From IMG/VR virus record IMGVR_UViG_3300031673_000318, positions 1 to 31,208 of that record: a DNA stretch of 31,208 nt, one strand, 5' to 3'. A model generated the notes under the pieces. It saw only the letters and a list, made by a program, of their open reading frames with translations, had not been told where the DNA came from and did not search any database. Source of the stretch: a virus (Duplodnaviria > Caudoviricetes). Below are positions 16,635 to 26,360 of the stretch, piece after piece. A program made the position numbers and the translations under genes. Each line of letters begins with the position of its first letter. Position 1 is the first letter of the stretch.

Positions 16635-16713
16635 TACTGTGTGCTCCTTTTCACTGTCTGGTAAATGTCACAAGCTCAGCGTCACGGTCGTAGCTGCAAG
16701 CTGTACTCACGTA

Positions 16714-16736
16714 TTTTACAAGGTAGGGGATGGTTT
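16714..16736 (-). promoter_or_regulatory. Candidate phage promoter AAAC-N10-CTTGTAAAA upstream of ssb
   Basis: Intergenic; same layout as 28354-28376, with related copies at 7806-7828, 18286-18308, 20400-20422 and 26980-27003. Confidence 0.55.
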
Positions 16737-16754
16737 CTGAGGTTCCGCTTTATT

Positions 16755-18194
16755 TTAATCAGCGGGGAGCTCTTCCACACGTAGCAACGCTGTCTGACTG
16801 TTGGCGAGCGTGGACATCGATTTCTGCATGATAGCTTTGCAAGCAGCCTGCCTAAAGACTTCACGAACTTCTTGTCGTGGGTCTGGGCTTGTGGCCACGC
16901 GGTCGATGATACCATAGCGAAGACACACGAGGTTTCGCTGCCCTTCGTCAACGTGGCTGAGCACTTGCGACACGAACTCTGATACAGCCTGGAGCTCCTC
17001 CTCCTCCTCCACCGATTCATCCAGCAGTGCCTTGTCGGCAGCGGATTCGCTCTCGTAGCCGTCCTCGTTACTTGTCGCCATAGATTCCAGGGACACAACT
17101 CTGGTGCCACGGACTTTCGTTTTCACAAGCTCAACGGACTTGACGGTGGTATTGCAATGTTTGGCAACGTCTGCGGTGGTGTAGGAGTCACGGAGCTCAG
17201 GGTCTGCTTCAAAGTAACGCTCCGCCTTAATTATTTCCTGGTAGCGTTCGATGACGGAGCCGGGGAGTTTAATTAGGGAGCCACTGTGCTTAGCGCTGCC
17301 AAGTATTTTCTGGCGGATCCACCAGTTGGCGAAGGTAGGAAAGCTTGTACCACATCGGAGGTCGTACAGGGAGATCGCACGTGCGAGGCCCAGGCTTCCT
17401 GATTGGAAGAGGTCGAGGGCTTCCATTTCGCTTTGCGCACGGCTTTTTACGGGTTTGAGTACCAAACGCGAGTACGCCTTCAAGATACGTTCTTGAAGGC
17501 CGCGCACGCGTTTCAAAATTCGTACCACAGCACGAATGGTTCCATAAAGGAGGTTGGACTCTACACAACCCATGTCGAGCTCGAGAAGGTCCATCTGGTC
17601 GATAAGGCTCTCTGCACACCTTGTGAGCTCCTGCTCGTCGGCCTCACCTTTTTGAGTGGACCTTTTGTCGTTTTGCTGCCGCTTGTGGATCAGCTGAAGG
17701 GTTACCTCAGCGAGCTTGTCGGAAACTTCAATGTACTCCGCTCCCACTTTGGCGAACGCTATCAAGATGTTTTCATAGTGACTTGTGGAGATGCGAAGGG
17801 TACGAATGATACGCTTGGAAAAGGGAACAGCTGCTTGCCGCTCCATACGGGACAGCTTGAACAAGTCGAAGCCTATGCCGAAGATTCGTTTGTTCTCAGC
17901 GCCCATCTCCACTTCATCGTTTAACGCGATGCGCCTGCGAACGCGCTTTCCCTTGTAAACCTTCCTACTTTTAATGACCCCAGACGCAATCTCGGAGAGC
18001 AGGTAGCAGAGGTTGTCCTCAACGAAGGTGGTAGCGTGTAGAAGATGGTCTACACCACGAAACACCAACTGCTCGATCTGGGAAAACAACTGCGTTAGAT
18101 CTGCTTTCGCTAACGGATCGTATCCAAGAGTGCGTTTGGCTAAGTCGTTGAATGTTGACCAGTTTTCTGTTTGACTCTGATTTGTGACATACAT
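16755..18194 (-). CDS. Sigma-70 (RpoD-like) factor with degenerate region 4
   Basis: Region 2 DLFQSGSLGLARAISLYD...FPTFANWWIRQKI, region 3 IKLP...VVSLE, region 4.1 RNLVCLRYGI. ATG at 18194 preferred; the ORF extends to TTG at 18284. Confidence 0.85.
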   Translation of the reverse strand: MYVTNQSQTENWSTFNDLAKRTLGYDPLAKADLTQLFSQIEQLVFRGVDHLLHATTFVEDNLCYLLSEIASGVIKSRKVYKGKRVRRRIALNDEVEMGAENKRIFGIGFDLFKLSRMERQAAVPFSKRIIRTLRISTSHYENILIAFAKVGAEYIEVSDKLAEVTLQLIHKRQQNDKRSTQKGEADEQELTRCAESLIDQMDLLELDMGCVESNLLYGTIRAVVRILKRVRGLQERILKAYSRLVLKPVKSRAQSEMEALDLFQSGSLGLARAISLYDLRCGTSFPTFANWWIRQKILGSAKHSGSLIKLPGSVIERYQEIIKAERYFEADPELRDSYTTADVAKHCNTTVKSVELVKTKVRGTRVVSLESMATSNEDGYESESAADKALLDESVEEEEELQAVSEFVSQVLSHVDEGQRNLVCLRYGIIDRVATSPDPRQEVREVFRQAACKAIMQKSMSTLANSQTALLRVEELPAD

Positions 18195-18306
18195 TTGGTT
18201 GACCCATCCACCAGGATTAGTTACTCTCTGAAAGAGCACCCTTGATCTAGGATGATGCCGTAGATCTGCTTTCTCGTCAAACAAAATTTACAAGGTCGAA
18301 AATATT

Positions 18307-18927
18307 ATGCCAAAAAAACGCTACGCGGCCACCCCCATCAAGCGAATGAACCTCAAGCAGCTGGTGTTCGCCACCAACGCACGCTACCCAGAGATCATCA
18401 AGAGAGCCAACTCCCAGTGCCACATAATTCGGAAAGAGTACAACGTAGGAAGCAGGGATGGGTTCAGACGGGATTACCGACCAGACAGAACTTTCTACAA
18501 CGAGGCACGCCTTTACTCAGCGTGTACAGACGGAAAAAGAATCAGCTATGTGCGATTCTTCGGACCCCCAGATCCTTCCACTCCTGTTTGGGTATGGTGC
18601 AGCTGCCCTTACCATATATACAATTTAGAAGTGGTTCTAACACGTTACAACAGTTCGTCTATTATGCTGTCCAACGGGAATAGACCTATCGTGCGCAACA
18701 GACAGATGTTCCCGCACCTCTGCAAGCACCTAGTGAATGCGGCGAAGTATGCGCTTCAGCAAAGAGACGACCTTGCAGCCAGGAGAATGGAGGCGCTGCA
18801 AGAAACAAAGACAGCAGCTGCTAAGCAGCAGATGACACGTATGGCGCAGAAACCCCAAGCAAGCCGTATCCCAAAAAGACGGTTCGTTACCCCAGACCGA
18901 GGTGGTGACCTGTTTGAAATCCCCTAG
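18307..18927 (+). CDS. SWIM zinc-finger protein
   Basis: WVWCSCP...PHLCKHL fits C-x-C-xn-C-x-H; basic protein. Confidence 0.75.
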   Translation: MPKKRYAATPIKRMNLKQLVFATNARYPEIIKRANSQCHIIRKEYNVGSRDGFRRDYRPDRTFYNEARLYSACTDGKRISYVRFFGPPDPSTPVWVWCSCPYHIYNLEVVLTRYNSSSIMLSNGNRPIVRNRQMFPHLCKHLVNAAKYALQQRDDLAARRMEALQETKTAAAKQQMTRMAQKPQASRIPKRRFVTPDRGGDLFEIP

Positions 18928-19401
18928 CTAGTACCCGCTACGCTGGCGGTGATAGCGCCCACGGGGCCTGTCGTTGCGACCAGGAGACCTACGACGTCTT
19001 CCCCGTTGAGGACGTCGACCCTTCTCTAGTAGCATGATGTCGTACTCCACTCCAGAGTCACCAGAAGCAGAGCGGGCGATGGATCGAACAGCGTCCACGG
19101 TGTGCCCATCCTTACCGATGACCTGCCCTAAATCCTCCTCCTTGACATCCAACTCTATAATCACCAGACGACTTGCTCGGATAATGTTCACCCGGAGCTC
19201 CTTCGAATGGTTGGCAATACGTAATATGGAAAGCACAACGAGCGCTTCGATGCTGAGCTCACTGATGTCTTCAACTGAATCAATTTCGTTGTCCAGAAAC
19301 TCGGAAGCGCTCTGAAAACCGGCAGTACTCTGCGCGTCTGATCCTTTCTCTGTTGGCGTCTCGTCTGATGGAATCTCTTCGTGTTGGTCACGATCAGCCA
19401 T
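18928..19401 (-). CDS. khpA: KhpA-like KH-domain RNA-binding protein with acidic N-tail and Arg/Gly-rich C-tail
   Basis: IIELDVKEEDLGQVIGKDGHTVDAVRSIAR is the KhpA-type GxxG KH signature; SD AAAGGAAG before ATG at 19401. Confidence 0.8.
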   Translation of the reverse strand: MADRDQHEEIPSDETPTEKGSDAQSTAGFQSASEFLDNEIDSVEDISELSIEALVVLSILRIANHSKELRVNIIRASRLVIIELDVKEEDLGQVIGKDGHTVDAVRSIARSASGDSGVEYDIMLLEKGRRPQRGRRRRSPGRNDRPRGRYHRQRSGY

Positions 19402-19415
19402 GTCTCTTCCTTTCA

Positions 19416-20342
19416 CTAGTGGGACTCTAAGAACGATGCGAGGATGAATAGCTCGTGTTCCGACCTCTCCTGTGGTTGTCCTTCAATCTCTACCTTCCTA
19501 CTCAAAATTCCATCAATCGCGGGTGAGAAACAAACAGTACGCCAAGGGCAGTAGGTAGCATAGGAGTCAGAAGGTTCCACACAAAGACCACGTGGGATTC
19601 TTCCACTCGTTAAGCACTCCTCCGCGAGCTTAATGCGACCAAGTACGTCCTCGTAAATATGGCGGCTGATGGACACCTGCATAGGAAGCCACGTTTTCCA
19701 GGGTGTACCCCTATCTACATAGATGATAATTATCTTTTTCAGCTTTTCTGTTAAGCCGAAATCACTCAAGTGATCGTTGACGTAGTTGGCGTACGCGTTG
19801 ATCTGTAAGTAGTGCGACTCCTTAGGCTTGTTGGCTGCCTTGTACTCCCGAATCTTCTCCAGACTCGAGCCCTTGAAATCGATGAGGTAGTTGTCGGGGG
19901 TGCGCAGGATACCGTCAAGGTGCCCACTGAACGGATTGTCCTTCGTGCGCTTGATGGCGTACTCATGGTAAACCATTTCGCGGCCACAAGAACCACACAC
20001 CTGTATTCCTGTCTGATGCCGACGAATTACCTTGCAGTTGACACACACCCAGTTACCATGAAGCTGACCCTCGATAGCAAACCATTTCTGGAGCGCCAGG
20101 TGCAACGCGGTACCCATCCAGGCCGAGCTCTCTGCGATGAACGTCTCCTCCCTACGAGGACGCTTCCGTACAGGGAGGCGACGATAGATAACGTACGCTC
20201 GAGGACAAATTGGGAAGCTGCTCGCACGTATCTGAATGTACTCAGGGTGCTCTATCTTGCGCCGCATGTAGCGAATATCACCAAAGCTTTTGCGGATAGG
20301 AGCACTAATCCGCTCTGCGTTGGGAATGTCGAAGATGGACAA
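19416..20342 (-). CDS. Solo Cas4/AddB-like PD-(D/E)xK exonuclease with Fe-S cysteines and a zinc-ribbon insertion
   Basis: RASSFPICPR, GTALH, GHLDG...LIDFK, QINAY, C-terminal C...CPWRTVC; inserted CVNC...CGSC; SD GAGGAG before TTG. Confidence 0.8.
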   Translation of the reverse strand: MSIFDIPNAERISAPIRKSFGDIRYMRRKIEHPEYIQIRASSFPICPRAYVIYRRLPVRKRPRREETFIAESSAWMGTALHLALQKWFAIEGQLHGNWVCVNCKVIRRHQTGIQVCGSCGREMVYHEYAIKRTKDNPFSGHLDGILRTPDNYLIDFKGSSLEKIREYKAANKPKESHYLQINAYANYVNDHLSDFGLTEKLKKIIIIYVDRGTPWKTWLPMQVSISRHIYEDVLGRIKLAEECLTSGRIPRGLCVEPSDSYATYCPWRTVCFSPAIDGILSRKVEIEGQPQERSEHELFILASFLESH

Positions 20343-20435
20343 ATCTCTCTCCTCGCACTGTAAAATAGTTGGCAGAGCGCAGTCGCTCCACTAGTATTAC
20401 TTTACAAGATAGCTGTGTAATTCGGCACTTGAACA

Positions 20436-21374
20436 ATGACAGACCTCACAGACTTCATAGTCAGTCAACTCAATGCCAAGGGCATGATGGTCTTTGGAGT
20501 AGACGGGCGCCAGGAAAACCTGAAAACCTTCTGCTTCCGAGGGCACGACAACAAGACACCAAGTCTCTCCATCCGTCGATGGGATGGTGCGTTCCTCTGT
20601 TTCGGTTGTCATGTAAAAGGGCCGAACTGGAACGCTCTGGCGGCACACATCAATGGAGATCAGCTTTCTGATGAAGCGATGCCCGACCCCTTCTTGTTGC
20701 TGAACAAGAAGCTCGAGAAGCGCATCCAGAAAGCAGCCGCCGAAGTGAAGGTCCCCTGGGACGTGGAACCGTGGGTGAAACCATTTCGGCACGTCCCATT
20801 GGAGACGCTAGAACAGCTTAATGCTCTGCGCTGGTACGACGACATCAACCCCAAGGACCGTTGTGAGCGCGTGCTGTTCCCTGTCTCTATGTACGGCGAA
20901 ATCGAGGGATGGGTAGCACGTCGCACAGACAAAGCACCTCCAGGGGGGAAGCTGGACACGCCCTACAGGAACGCCAAGCACATGTCCTCGGCGGAGGCAC
21001 TCTACCCACTTGACCACGTTATTGGCATGAAGCGGCAAGTGGTAGTGTTGGTAGAAGGCCCCTACGACGCGATTCGTCTGGTGAACTACGGCATCCCTGC
21101 GCTGTCTATACTGGGCACAGGAAACTACCATCCTGACAACAGGATGCACATCTTGAACACAGGAGCAAAAACGGTGATACTCGCGATGGATTCTGACGGG
21201 GCCGGGGAGTCTGCACGGCTGGACATTGCCCCCAACATACGAGAAATGTTTGACCTGAAGCACTTTGTCTGCCCGGATGGAATGGATCCTGGCGGTATGC
21301 CAAAGCCCTACTTGGACAAGCTGTGGAGGATGGTGAAGGAAACCGAGAGGAGCTACGGGTTCTCGAGGCGATGA
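20436..21374 (+). CDS. DnaG-type DNA primase (zinc finger plus TOPRIM)
   Basis: CFRGHDNKTPS...CFGC zinc finger; VEGPYD and MDSDGAG TOPRIM motifs. Confidence 0.9.
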   Translation: MTDLTDFIVSQLNAKGMMVFGVDGRQENLKTFCFRGHDNKTPSLSIRRWDGAFLCFGCHVKGPNWNALAAHINGDQLSDEAMPDPFLLLNKKLEKRIQKAAAEVKVPWDVEPWVKPFRHVPLETLEQLNALRWYDDINPKDRCERVLFPVSMYGEIEGWVARRTDKAPPGGKLDTPYRNAKHMSSAEALYPLDHVIGMKRQVVVLVEGPYDAIRLVNYGIPALSILGTGNYHPDNRMHILNTGAKTVILAMDSDGAGESARLDIAPNIREMFDLKHFVCPDGMDPGGMPKPYLDKLWRMVKETERSYGFSRR

Positions 21375-22609
21375 AGCAGCACGTCGTACTTCGCTAGGTC
21401 TGCTGGCTCCATATTCTGTTTCATCCATGATGCAGTGAACGCGTTGATGTCTTCCACAGTAGGAGGTGTATCGCCGGGGTTGCTGGCAAACTGGCTGTTC
21501 ATGGCTGCCTGCAGCTGTGGCCAGTATTCTGTCTGAGTGATCGTTTCGTCGGTCCTTGTTCCGGGCTGATCACCAGCGGCTTTGTAATCCCCGAGGATCT
21601 TAGTTGTGGCAGCGAGGGCCTGCTTACCCATCTCCTCGTTGGGGTCTACTGTGCTGGGCTGCAGCAAGTCTCCCGCCACAGAGGTGTTTCGTGTTGGAGT
21701 TGCTGTCTTACCTGGAGGCGTAGCTACCAAGCCAACTTTCTTCTTTTTCCTGGTGGTACCCGAGTCCAACTTCGTAGTCTTATACGGCGTGGCTTGGTCG
21801 TCCGGGGTCGCACCCTTATCTGTCGCCCAGTATTTGTTGAACTCCGCCAAATCGAAGCTTTGAGGCAGGAGCTCACTCATGGCACCGTGATTGAGAATGG
21901 CGTTTGAGTACGCGTTACGAAGGCCCTCAGCGGCATTCCTTCCCCAGATTTTGGGCGACGTTTTGTACACCATAAACGTGGCGTTCCACGTCACGGAGTT
22001 GGCCGCGTCTGCTGTTTCAACGAACGTAATTGGATCTTGCGTGAAGTACCCTTCCAAAGTAATGCGAGGAAACAGGCGTGTGTTCACTCGCAAGATGTGC
22101 CGATTCTCCCTGTTGTTCTGATCGAGCATCGGTTGGTCAATCAACTCTAGAAAATCGTAGAAGTCCTCTATGCCTGGCGGAACAGGGGGATGGCGTAGAA
22201 TACTTGTCAGCACATCCGCGTAGCCGGGTTTGAATAAGTAGCTAGGCACCCCAGCGCCAGGCATCATGTTGCCCGTCTGGAATGTGATATTTATTGTAGG
22301 CTCATCGTAGTATGTACCACGATAACGGTTACGCCACGCGTTTCTGATTGCACCAGCAGCGGTTTTTGACACAGTTTCACGCTTAGCGAGATTCCATGTC
22401 ATTTCCCGTGGATTAACAAAGAGCCTTATTTGTTTCTGCAGGCGATCCCAATGAGTACTAGTCACCACCATGGGAGTGCGGTAGCCTGTAAAATCGCGTT
22501 CCCAAGCAAAAGGGGCCGCGTTGTCTGCACTGCCAGCGGCAACGGTAGCTGCAGTGGCAGCTGCATCTACCATATCCTTTACTGCTTTAAGTTGTGAAAC
22601 TAGCGCCAT
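21353..22609 (-). CDS. Putative tail/baseplate structural protein
   Basis: IRLFVNPREMTW...ETVSKTAAG...INITFQT...LEGYF...WNATF pattern recalls tail-tube-initiator/hub folds; product is inference. Confidence 0.5.
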   Translation of the reverse strand: MALVSQLKAVKDMVDAAATAATVAAGSADNAAPFAWERDFTGYRTPMVVTSTHWDRLQKQIRLFVNPREMTWNLAKRETVSKTAAGAIRNAWRNRYRGTYYDEPTINITFQTGNMMPGAGVPSYLFKPGYADVLTSILRHPPVPPGIEDFYDFLELIDQPMLDQNNRENRHILRVNTRLFPRITLEGYFTQDPITFVETADAANSVTWNATFMVYKTSPKIWGRNAAEGLRNAYSNAILNHGAMSELLPQSFDLAEFNKYWATDKGATPDDQATPYKTTKLDSGTTRKKKKVGLVATPPGKTATPTRNTSVAGDLLQPSTVDPNEEMGKQALAATTKILGDYKAAGDQPGTRTDETITQTEYWPQLQAAMNSQFASNPGDTPPTVEDINAFTASWMKQNMEPADLAKYDVLLHRLENP

Positions 22610-22629
22610 TGGTTACACCAGAACCTTTT

Positions 22630-23445
22630 CTACAGATCTTCGTCAGACAACACACTTGGCTTGTTGCCACGCTGCTTGTTTTTCTGGCCACCCTTCTTAG
22701 AAAAGGTAGGCTCCTCCGACCCACCCGCTCGCGATGCCTTGATGGACCGCAGGTACGCACAAATGTTGTCGAACTCGCTCAGCTGAGATAGCATGTACCC
22801 GATGTCATCGTCGCTCAGTATGACCTCGTCCCAACTCTTGAGCTCGCGTAGGTAATCACCCTTGAGAGAGTTGTCCTCCTGCAGGTCACGACAGAACTTT
22901 TGGATTTTGGGGGTAATCGTGATGGTCTCCGCTGAGACAGTTAACGCGTTCTGAGGCTCAGGTTGAGGAAGCCTCATCTCTGGAAGAGAACTGCTCTGGA
23001 AATCGGACATTGACAGGCGAGCTTCGTCCAGGTCGGCTACAGCGTGCGTCTCGCGAGAACCACCCTGTTTCACCTTGAATTGTGGACGCTGGTTGAGTGC
23101 CTCACCACGACGAGCTTCTAGCTTCTTGTACGCCTGCGTTACGGAAGCACGGACCTCTGGATCCGACAGAATTTCTTTCGCCTTCTCAACATCGATGATC
23201 TCGAGCACGCCCTTGTTCACCCAGTCGATGAACGCTGTGCTGAGTGGAATCGCACTGGGGGGTGCCACACGTCGAGTAAGGTTGATCGGGTGCTTGATCG
23301 GCGGAATCTTCACTGTGCTGCCACGACCACCCGTCGGATGTGGAAACTCGATCACCAGCACATGAGCGGTGCCTAATACACGTGCGCTGCGGTTCACTAC
23401 ATAAATAGGAATGTTGTTGTCTACCATCATTTGAATATCCATCAT
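22630..23445 (-). CDS. Hypothetical phage protein, probably virion-associated
   Basis: SD AAAGGAG; 271 aa; lies within the structural block. Confidence 0.7.
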   Translation of the reverse strand: MMDIQMMVDNNIPIYVVNRSARVLGTAHVLVIEFPHPTGGRGSTVKIPPIKHPINLTRRVAPPSAIPLSTAFIDWVNKGVLEIIDVEKAKEILSDPEVRASVTQAYKKLEARRGEALNQRPQFKVKQGGSRETHAVADLDEARLSMSDFQSSSLPEMRLPQPEPQNALTVSAETITITPKIQKFCRDLQEDNSLKGDYLRELKSWDEVILSDDDIGYMLSQLSEFDNICAYLRSIKASRAGGSEEPTFSKKGGQKNKQRGNKPSVLSDEDL

Positions 23446-23464
23446 CGAACTCCTTTGCTTGCTT

Positions 23465-24649
23465 CTACAGACCTATGCTGGTTGCAAGCGCTGCTACGTC
23501 ATAGGGCGACCCACTGCCCCAGTTGTCTACGCGCCACACACGATTGTTGTAGCGCCAGTTCTTTGGACGTACACCAACCAAACCAGGACCGTTCGCAATA
23601 CGGTAAATCAGAAGCTTACTCTCTGCGAACTTCTCCAGCATCGTGTTGATGTGCCCGAATATACCGCTGTAATCATGATTGTAAGTAAGCTGTACAGTCT
23701 GACCACCATGGTCAAACTGAAGCTCTGTCTCGAGTACCTGTTGGGCCATCAAACCCCACATTGCTGCGTAAAGTAACACCGCGTCAATTACGCCTCGAGA
23801 GCCGTTAATAGGTATTGATGCCAAATTCCAGTTAGTGGACGGTGCCACCGAATTTGTCATACCAACACCACGTATAATGTACTCGTAAACATCGCTGTCT
23901 GCGTACGCTTGCACCCAACCAACGCGCTTCTGCAGCTTGTCTATAAGCATCCGTAATGGCTGTATTAATCTCCAGAAATTCATTTCCGGTACGCGCAGTA
24001 GCTGTTGAACCTCGTCTTCAGGAGACACAACAGTTTCACGGACACGCCAGAAAATGAGGTACTCTCCTATCGCTAGCGGGTCGGTATCGAAGAAGTAGTG
24101 GTAGCGCCCATCCCTGCGCACGCGCCCAATTTTTCTTTTGGGCAAAGGGACCTTTATGGACGTCTCTTTCATCTCCTCTGTAGTCGTATTGTTGGCTGGA
24201 AAAATACTGACAACAAGCCGGTTAGAGGTATCAAGGATGTCTAGCCCGAGCTCCTCGGGCTGCGTGTCCATCGGCAGAAAAAGGCGTTCGTTCTTACCCG
24301 CTCGAGTCAAGTAGGTCCACTGACGTTCCTCGGGTTCAGGTTCTACAGCGTCAACAACATGGAACGTTTCCTGAAAATCCTTGTTGTGACCTGTATTGGT
24401 AACAAAAAACCAGGAGATGGACCATGGAGTGTCCGAAGTGTTTATCTCGGCGTCCTCTGGCACAAACCAACGGAAAGAATAATTTCCGCTACCTAGAGGC
24501 TTGCCTATACCTGTAGACACACTGGTGCCTGCGGGATCCTTGACATCCACCGCTGGATAGCTGTTCGTGTCTATGGAGGAAATTGGTTCCCCATCCATAT
24601 CGACGAACGTGGCTTCGAACACTGCTGAGGTGGCTCGAGCGAACTGCAT
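23465..24649 (-). CDS. Putative neck / head-tail adaptor protein with N-terminal Ig-like domains
   Basis: Beta-rich N-terminus (VKDPAG...GNYSFRW; GEYLIFW) and helical C-terminus (LRMLID...FDHGGQTVQL) typical of adaptor proteins; inference. Confidence 0.5.
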   Translation of the reverse strand: MQFARATSAVFEATFVDMDGEPISSIDTNSYPAVDVKDPAGTSVSTGIGKPLGSGNYSFRWFVPEDAEINTSDTPWSISWFFVTNTGHNKDFQETFHVVDAVEPEPEERQWTYLTRAGKNERLFLPMDTQPEELGLDILDTSNRLVVSIFPANNTTTEEMKETSIKVPLPKRKIGRVRRDGRYHYFFDTDPLAIGEYLIFWRVRETVVSPEDEVQQLLRVPEMNFWRLIQPLRMLIDKLQKRVGWVQAYADSDVYEYIIRGVGMTNSVAPSTNWNLASIPINGSRGVIDAVLLYAAMWGLMAQQVLETELQFDHGGQTVQLTYNHDYSGIFGHINTMLEKFAESKLLIYRIANGPGLVGVRPKNWRYNNRVWRVDNWGSGSPYDVAALATSIGL

Positions 24650-24671
24650 TATTTTCGCTTTCTATTTTTGC

Positions 24672-24685
24672 CTCTATATATAGAG
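24672..24685. promoter_or_regulatory. Perfect 14-bp palindrome CTCTATATATAGAG in a divergent intergenic region
   Basis: Sits in the AT-rich gap between divergent structural genes; near-copy at 2035-2046. Confidence 0.45.
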
Positions 24686-24763
24686 TAACAACAACCGACT
24701 AAAATTAAGGTTAGGTATAGATGGAGATATATCTTGTCCCTTGGGGGACACGTATGGGTAATC

Positions 24764-25702
24764 ATGGCCACACGAAGCTACCGACCGACCCACAAAAGAA
24801 CACCTGTAACCGATGGGTCACAAGTACTGGAGAAGCACGCTCACGATATAGCGACAGAACAGCTGATCCCGCGCATTGAGCAGCGGAACAAAATGGCAGT
24901 AGAAACAGTCCCCATCAAAATATTCTTCTATCAAGCGATGCGCGCCGGACGACGCTGCAGCTGCTTCGATATAGAAACCAGCCCAGACGGAATGTGCCGA
25001 ACCTGCTTTGGGACAGGCATAGTAGGTGGGTACAGCAAATACGGAACAACCACGCAGGTGCTGGATATCACGTACCCGAACCTGCGCACATCCAATATTA
25101 TCCCGGACTGGAAAAATCGACGCAAGCCTACGCCGTTTGTTCTTATTGACGGTGCGCGGTATGGATCGGTAGAAGCTCGCATCCCGCTCACGAGTAATAT
25201 TGGCGAAATTGATGCACTGAGCTCCGATTACTGGATCGAACCTGGTACTAACATAAAAGCCTATGTAAAGGCGCCAGCAGACCAAACATGGGTACTCCTT
25301 ACACGGAACAACGTGAAGCAGCGGCTGTTCAATCCCTGGATAGACATTCGTGTGGTGATGAGTAGAGAGTCACCGAAGACACCCACGCCTTATTTGAAGT
25401 CGGTGTACCTACGTTACAGGAACATCACCGACAACATTATAAAAGCAAACATCCTTCGCGTAGGGAAAAGTGACGCGTTTGAAGAATTGGGTCTCATAGA
25501 CAACTGGCAGGTCCAAACCTTCTGGATGGACAGCACCCTTAAATCGATCACCACAGAAGATTTTCTGGCCTCTGTGGAAGGGGATTCCCGATGGAAGATC
25601 TTCGAGGCGAAAGAATTTGCGCCGCACGGACAGCTTGTAAGTTGGGACATCGACGCAAAGGTGGTCCAGGAACATCAACCGTTTGTAAAGGTGCCACGCT
25701 AG
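24764..25702 (+). CDS. Putative head-closure/neck protein with zinc finger
   Basis: RRCSC...CRTCFGTGIVGGY motif, a pattern I associate with large-phage neck proteins. ATG at 24764 preferred over TTG at 24734. Confidence 0.55.
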   Translation: MATRSYRPTHKRTPVTDGSQVLEKHAHDIATEQLIPRIEQRNKMAVETVPIKIFFYQAMRAGRRCSCFDIETSPDGMCRTCFGTGIVGGYSKYGTTTQVLDITYPNLRTSNIIPDWKNRRKPTPFVLIDGARYGSVEARIPLTSNIGEIDALSSDYWIEPGTNIKAYVKAPADQTWVLLTRNNVKQRLFNPWIDIRVVMSRESPKTPTPYLKSVYLRYRNITDNIIKANILRVGKSDAFEELGLIDNWQVQTFWMDSTLKSITTEDFLASVEGDSRWKIFEAKEFAPHGQLVSWDIDAKVVQEHQPFVKVPR

Positions 25703-25712
25703 GAGCTCACCA

Positions 25713-26345
25713 ATGAGTATGGTCGAAATACACAACGTATCTCAGTACAGGGTTGGGCTCTCTTCGAGCTACCTAGGAGCTCAGGGGCGTCCTCTATACA
25801 TAGGACTGGGTCCTACTCAAATCAAGCAGATAACGCAAGAAGAGCTCAGGAATTGGGGGGATGGGTCGAAGGCCGACCTAGCTGGATACGTACAACACGG
25901 CGTCCTGAAAGTAACTGAGCTCACGTCGGTGCACCTAGTGGACGACCTTGGGAACCCTCTAGAACCAGTTACTGCTGTTAGCTTACAAGAAGCGTACGAT
26001 ACAGCAGACACCATCAGAATCGCCTACAATGCACACATAGTGAGCTTGGCGGTGCATGGGGTACCAGATCTAGCGAACATTGAGAGCCTGGCAAAGCCCA
26101 CAACCCTTCTGCTGCTTACTGCGTTCATTGCCTCTCTACAAGGAAACTTCAACGCACATATTGCGTTGGGGGTTGCTACGCATGATGTAGCGGACGCCTG
26201 GAATCCCGTAGTGGCGGTAACTGGAACGCTAGCGCAGAACATTCTAGCACTCCGGGAGTTGTACGCGAGATACCGCTCACACCAAATACAAAGTGACCCG
26301 CTTGGAAGCACCGTACTGAACCCAAACCAAATCATCGCCTACTAG
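25713..26345 (+). CDS. Hypothetical virion protein, paralog A with His/Asp repeats
   Basis: SD AGGAG; 210 aa; aligns end to end with the next gene. Confidence 0.8.
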   Translation: MSMVEIHNVSQYRVGLSSSYLGAQGRPLYIGLGPTQIKQITQEELRNWGDGSKADLAGYVQHGVLKVTELTSVHLVDDLGNPLEPVTAVSLQEAYDTADTIRIAYNAHIVSLAVHGVPDLANIESLAKPTTLLLLTAFIASLQGNFNAHIALGVATHDVADAWNPVVAVTGTLAQNILALRELYARYRSHQIQSDPLGSTVLNPNQIIAY

Positions 26346-26360
26346 CAGTCGGAGTGTACT

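Noticed and set aside
18924-18931. CTAGCTAG palindrome at abutting convergent stops, and the 22-bp convergent overlap at 21353-21374
   Set aside because: Explained by tight gene packing; no terminator structure is evident.
19416-20342. Cas4-like gene as evidence of a CRISPR-Cas system
   Set aside because: No array, cas1 or cas2 in the window; solo Cas4-like nucleases are common in phages.
24735-24750. TGTCCC-TTGG-GGGACA hairpin as a terminator
   Set aside because: No U-tract follows and it lies between divergent starts; at most a 5' UTR hairpin.
25790-25807. CTCTATACATAG near-copy of the late motif, and stray TTGTAAA at 17953 and 25683
   Set aside because: They lie inside coding sequence, and the TTGTAAA copies lack the upstream A-rich element; probably background.
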